DNA from: Burkholderiales bacterium
GTDB taxonomy: Bacteria > Pseudomonadota > Gammaproteobacteria > Burkholderiales > JABEVD01
Direction: 5' to 3'
Length of the DNA stretch: 64,000 nt
Assembly (NCBI GenBank): GCA_019753155.1
Contig: JAIELG010000020.1
Coordinates: forward strand, 8,773-72,772
Position 1 is the stretch's first letter. Every line of letters begins with the position of its first letter. Below the pieces are notes generated by a model. That model did no database searches, was not told the origin of the DNA, and saw nothing but the letters and a program-made list of their open reading frames with translations. Positions 62,068 through 64,000 of the stretch are shown here, piece by piece. A program made the translations under genes and the position numbers.

Positions 62068-63768
62068 ATGCCGGCGACAGGGCGCGAACGGAGCAACAAG
62101 CTTTTCGGTCAGCTTTTGATCGAGAAAGGCGTCGTCAGCGAGGATCAATTGAGAATTGCGCTCCTCGAACAGGGAAAAAACCACCTGAGGCTAGGCAAAC
62201 TGATGGTTGGGATGGGATTCCTGACCGAAGGGATGATCCGCGACGTGATCTCCGAGAGCATGGGGCAGGAGACGGTGGATCTTTCCAGGGTTGTGGTCGA
62301 CGCTGCGGCGATCAAGCTGATTTCGCAGGAAATCGCGCGCCGTCATCAGGTTTTGCCGCTCTCGCTCGACAGGAGCAGCCGCATGCTGACGCTTGCAATA
62401 TCCAATCCGGAAAATATCATCGCGCTCGATCAGGTCAAGGCGCTCCTCCAGGACGACTACGAGCTGCATCTGCTGCTCGCCGGGGAGTCCGAGATCATGC
62501 ATGCGATCGACCAGTATTACGGGTTCGAACTTTCGATCGAAGGGATCCTTCAGGAAATAGAGCCCGGCGAGATCGAATATACCGCCTTGCAGGTCGGCGT
62601 GACCGAGTTCAGCCAGCCCGTCGTGCGTCTGATCGATGCGCTTCTGTCGGATGCCGTCCAGCGCGGGGCGTCCGATATCCATTTCGAACCGGAACACAGT
62701 TTTTTGCGCATACGCTGCCGGATAGACGGGGTGCTGCGCCAGGTCAGGAGCTTGCATAAATCGTACTGGTCTCCCATGGTGGTGCGGCTGAAGGTGATGA
62801 GCGGGATGAATATCGCCGAAAACCGTGCGCCCCAGGATGGCAGGTTTTCCCTGCGCCTGTCGGGGCGCCCGATTGATTTCAGGGTTTCGGCCGAACCCAC
62901 GACCCATGGCGAAAATATCGTCCTACGCATTCTGGATCGGCAAAAGGGGATCATCCCGCTCGAAGATCTCGGGCTGGAGCAGGAAGAATTCGAAATGCTC
63001 AATTTCATGATTGCAAAGCCCGAAGGGATCATCCTGGTCACTGGACCCACGGGAAGCGGGAAGACCACGACGCTCTATTCCATATTGAGCCGCATCAATA
63101 CCGAGGCGGTCAATATCATGACCCTCGAAGATCCTGTCGAGTATCCGATGTCCATGATCCGGCAGGCTTCGGTCAATGAAATGGTGAAGCTGGATTTCGC
63201 CAGCGGCATACGATCGATGCTAAGGCAGGATCCGGACATCATCCTGGTCGGGGAAATTCGCGACCAGCCCACTGCGGTCATGGCATTCAGGGCCGCCATG
63301 ACCGGGCATCAGGTGTATACGACGCTGCATACCAATTCCGCGATAGGCGCAATTCCAAGGATGTTTGACCTTGGCATCCATCCCGACATCATGGCCGGAA
63401 ACATCATCGGCATGATAGCCCAGCGCCTGGTAAGGCGGCTTTGCCTGCATTGCAGGAAGGCTGTCGAACCCGGGTTGGAAGCGGCGAGGCTGTTGGGTGA
63501 GAAAGCCCGGATTTACAAGGCGGCAGGATGCGAAATCTGCGATTTCCAGGGCTATTCCGGAAGGTTCGCGGTCATGGAGATTGTGAGGATGGATGAGGAT
63601 TTCGATGACCTGATCGCGCGCCGCGGGACGTTGCGCGAGATGAGGGTTCTGGCTCGGGAAAAGAAATTCAGGATGCTTTCGCAAAATGCGATCCGCCATG
63701 TCCTGTCCGGGACAACATCTTTCGAAGAGATTGCCCGCGTGATCGATTTGACGGGAAGGCTGGCATGA
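62068..63768 (+). CDS. mshE: GspE/PilB-family secretion ATPase with an MshEN-type N-terminal domain
   Basis: N-terminal tandem motifs LFGQLLIEKGVVSEDQLRIALLEQ and RLGKLMVGMGFLTEGMIRDVI. Walker A GPTGSGKTT. Tetracysteine CLHC...CEIC. Confidence 0.88.
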   Translation: MPATGRERSNKLFGQLLIEKGVVSEDQLRIALLEQGKNHLRLGKLMVGMGFLTEGMIRDVISESMGQETVDLSRVVVDAAAIKLISQEIARRHQVLPLSLDRSSRMLTLAISNPENIIALDQVKALLQDDYELHLLLAGESEIMHAIDQYYGFELSIEGILQEIEPGEIEYTALQVGVTEFSQPVVRLIDALLSDAVQRGASDIHFEPEHSFLRIRCRIDGVLRQVRSLHKSYWSPMVVRLKVMSGMNIAENRAPQDGRFSLRLSGRPIDFRVSAEPTTHGENIVLRILDRQKGIIPLEDLGLEQEEFEMLNFMIAKPEGIILVTGPTGSGKTTTLYSILSRINTEAVNIMTLEDPVEYPMSMIRQASVNEMVKLDFASGIRSMLRQDPDIILVGEIRDQPTAVMAFRAAMTGHQVYTTLHTNSAIGAIPRMFDLGIHPDIMAGNIIGMIAQRLVRRLCLHCRKAVEPGLEAARLLGEKARIYKAAGCEICDFQGYSGRFAVMEIVRMDEDFDDLIARRGTLREMRVLAREKKFRMLSQNAIRHVLSGTTSFEEIARVIDLTGRLA

Positions 63769-64000
63769 CGCTCTTTGCCTACAGGGCCATCGACAAGTAT
63801 GGCACGGTCAAGCACGGCGTGCTCGATGCCTCGAACGAAGCGGATCTCGAAGAGCGCTTGAAGCGCATCGGCGTGGATCTCATTTCCGGCAAGCCCGTGC
63901 TGAGGAGCCGACTGTTTTTCGCGGGAAGAGTGAGCCGCCGCGAGTTGATCACGTTTTTCTTCAACCTGGAATTGCTGACAAGGGCAGGCGTGCCGCTTCT
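63765..64000 (+). CDS. mshG: GspF/PilC-family platform protein, N-terminal fragment (continues beyond the window)
   Basis: ATGA overlap with the ATPase gene. MTLFAYRAIDKYGTVKHGVLDASNEADLEERLKRIGVDLIS is a typical GspF N-terminus. Confidence 0.85.
   Translation, partial: MTLFAYRAIDKYGTVKHGVLDASNEADLEERLKRIGVDLISGKPVLRSRLFFAGRVSRRELITFFFNLELLTRAGVPL

Overview
High-GC bacterial chromosome segment, probably betaproteobacterial (Nitrosomonadales-like; inferred from protein sequences and gene order, no database search was possible).

Layout:
- 1-21.4 kb: the 3' end of rpoC, then an uninterrupted str-S10-spc-alpha ribosomal supercluster (rpsL, rpsG, fusA, tuf, rpsJ through rplQ, including secY, infA, rpmJ and rpoA).
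- 21.4-29.3 kb: uvrA, a YajR-like MFS transporter, a hemerythrin-PAS-PAS-GGDEF cyclase, ssb, a REP-like repeat cluster and a hexose-6-phosphate mutarotase.
- 29.3-34.2 kb: small accessory genes. These are a cNMP-binding protein, Hsp20, a GGDEF gene relic, a ParB-like small protein, a TonB-N-like membrane protein, a DUF4389-like protein, a beta-propeller lipoprotein and a TetR regulator.
- 34.4-41.5 kb: exbD-tonB-TonB-dependent receptor, a strong terminator, then exbB translationally coupled to two secreted phosphoesterases.
- 41.6-48.7 kb: glgP and a hypABFCDE maturation operon. No hydrogenase structural genes lie in the window, HypA is shortened and HypF consists of the Kae1-like domain only.
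- 48.5-53.0 kb: two PEP-CTERM proteins (one an HExxH protease behind a perfect sigma54 promoter), an S1 protease, a very acidic repeat protein and an AT-rich BrnT/BrnA-like toxin-antitoxin islet.
- 53.0-57.3 kb: an MFP-ATPase-permease-permease ABC exporter.
- 57.3-57.7 kb: a structured, gene-free region holding a ~280-bp composite inverted-repeat element and a candidate small RNA.
- 57.7-64 kb: a TlpA-like thioredoxin, a CxxCxC porin-like outer membrane protein, and a reduced MSHA-type secretin/ATPase cluster running off the window.

No rRNA, tRNA, CRISPR array or transposase gene was seen. I found no clearly novel multi-gene system with recognisable enzymatic novelty. The most unusual items are the receptor/ExbB/phosphoesterase locus, the minimal hyp operon, the sigma54-driven PEP-CTERM protease neighbourhood, the tuf codon-usage anomaly and the non-coding structures at 57.3-57.7 kb.
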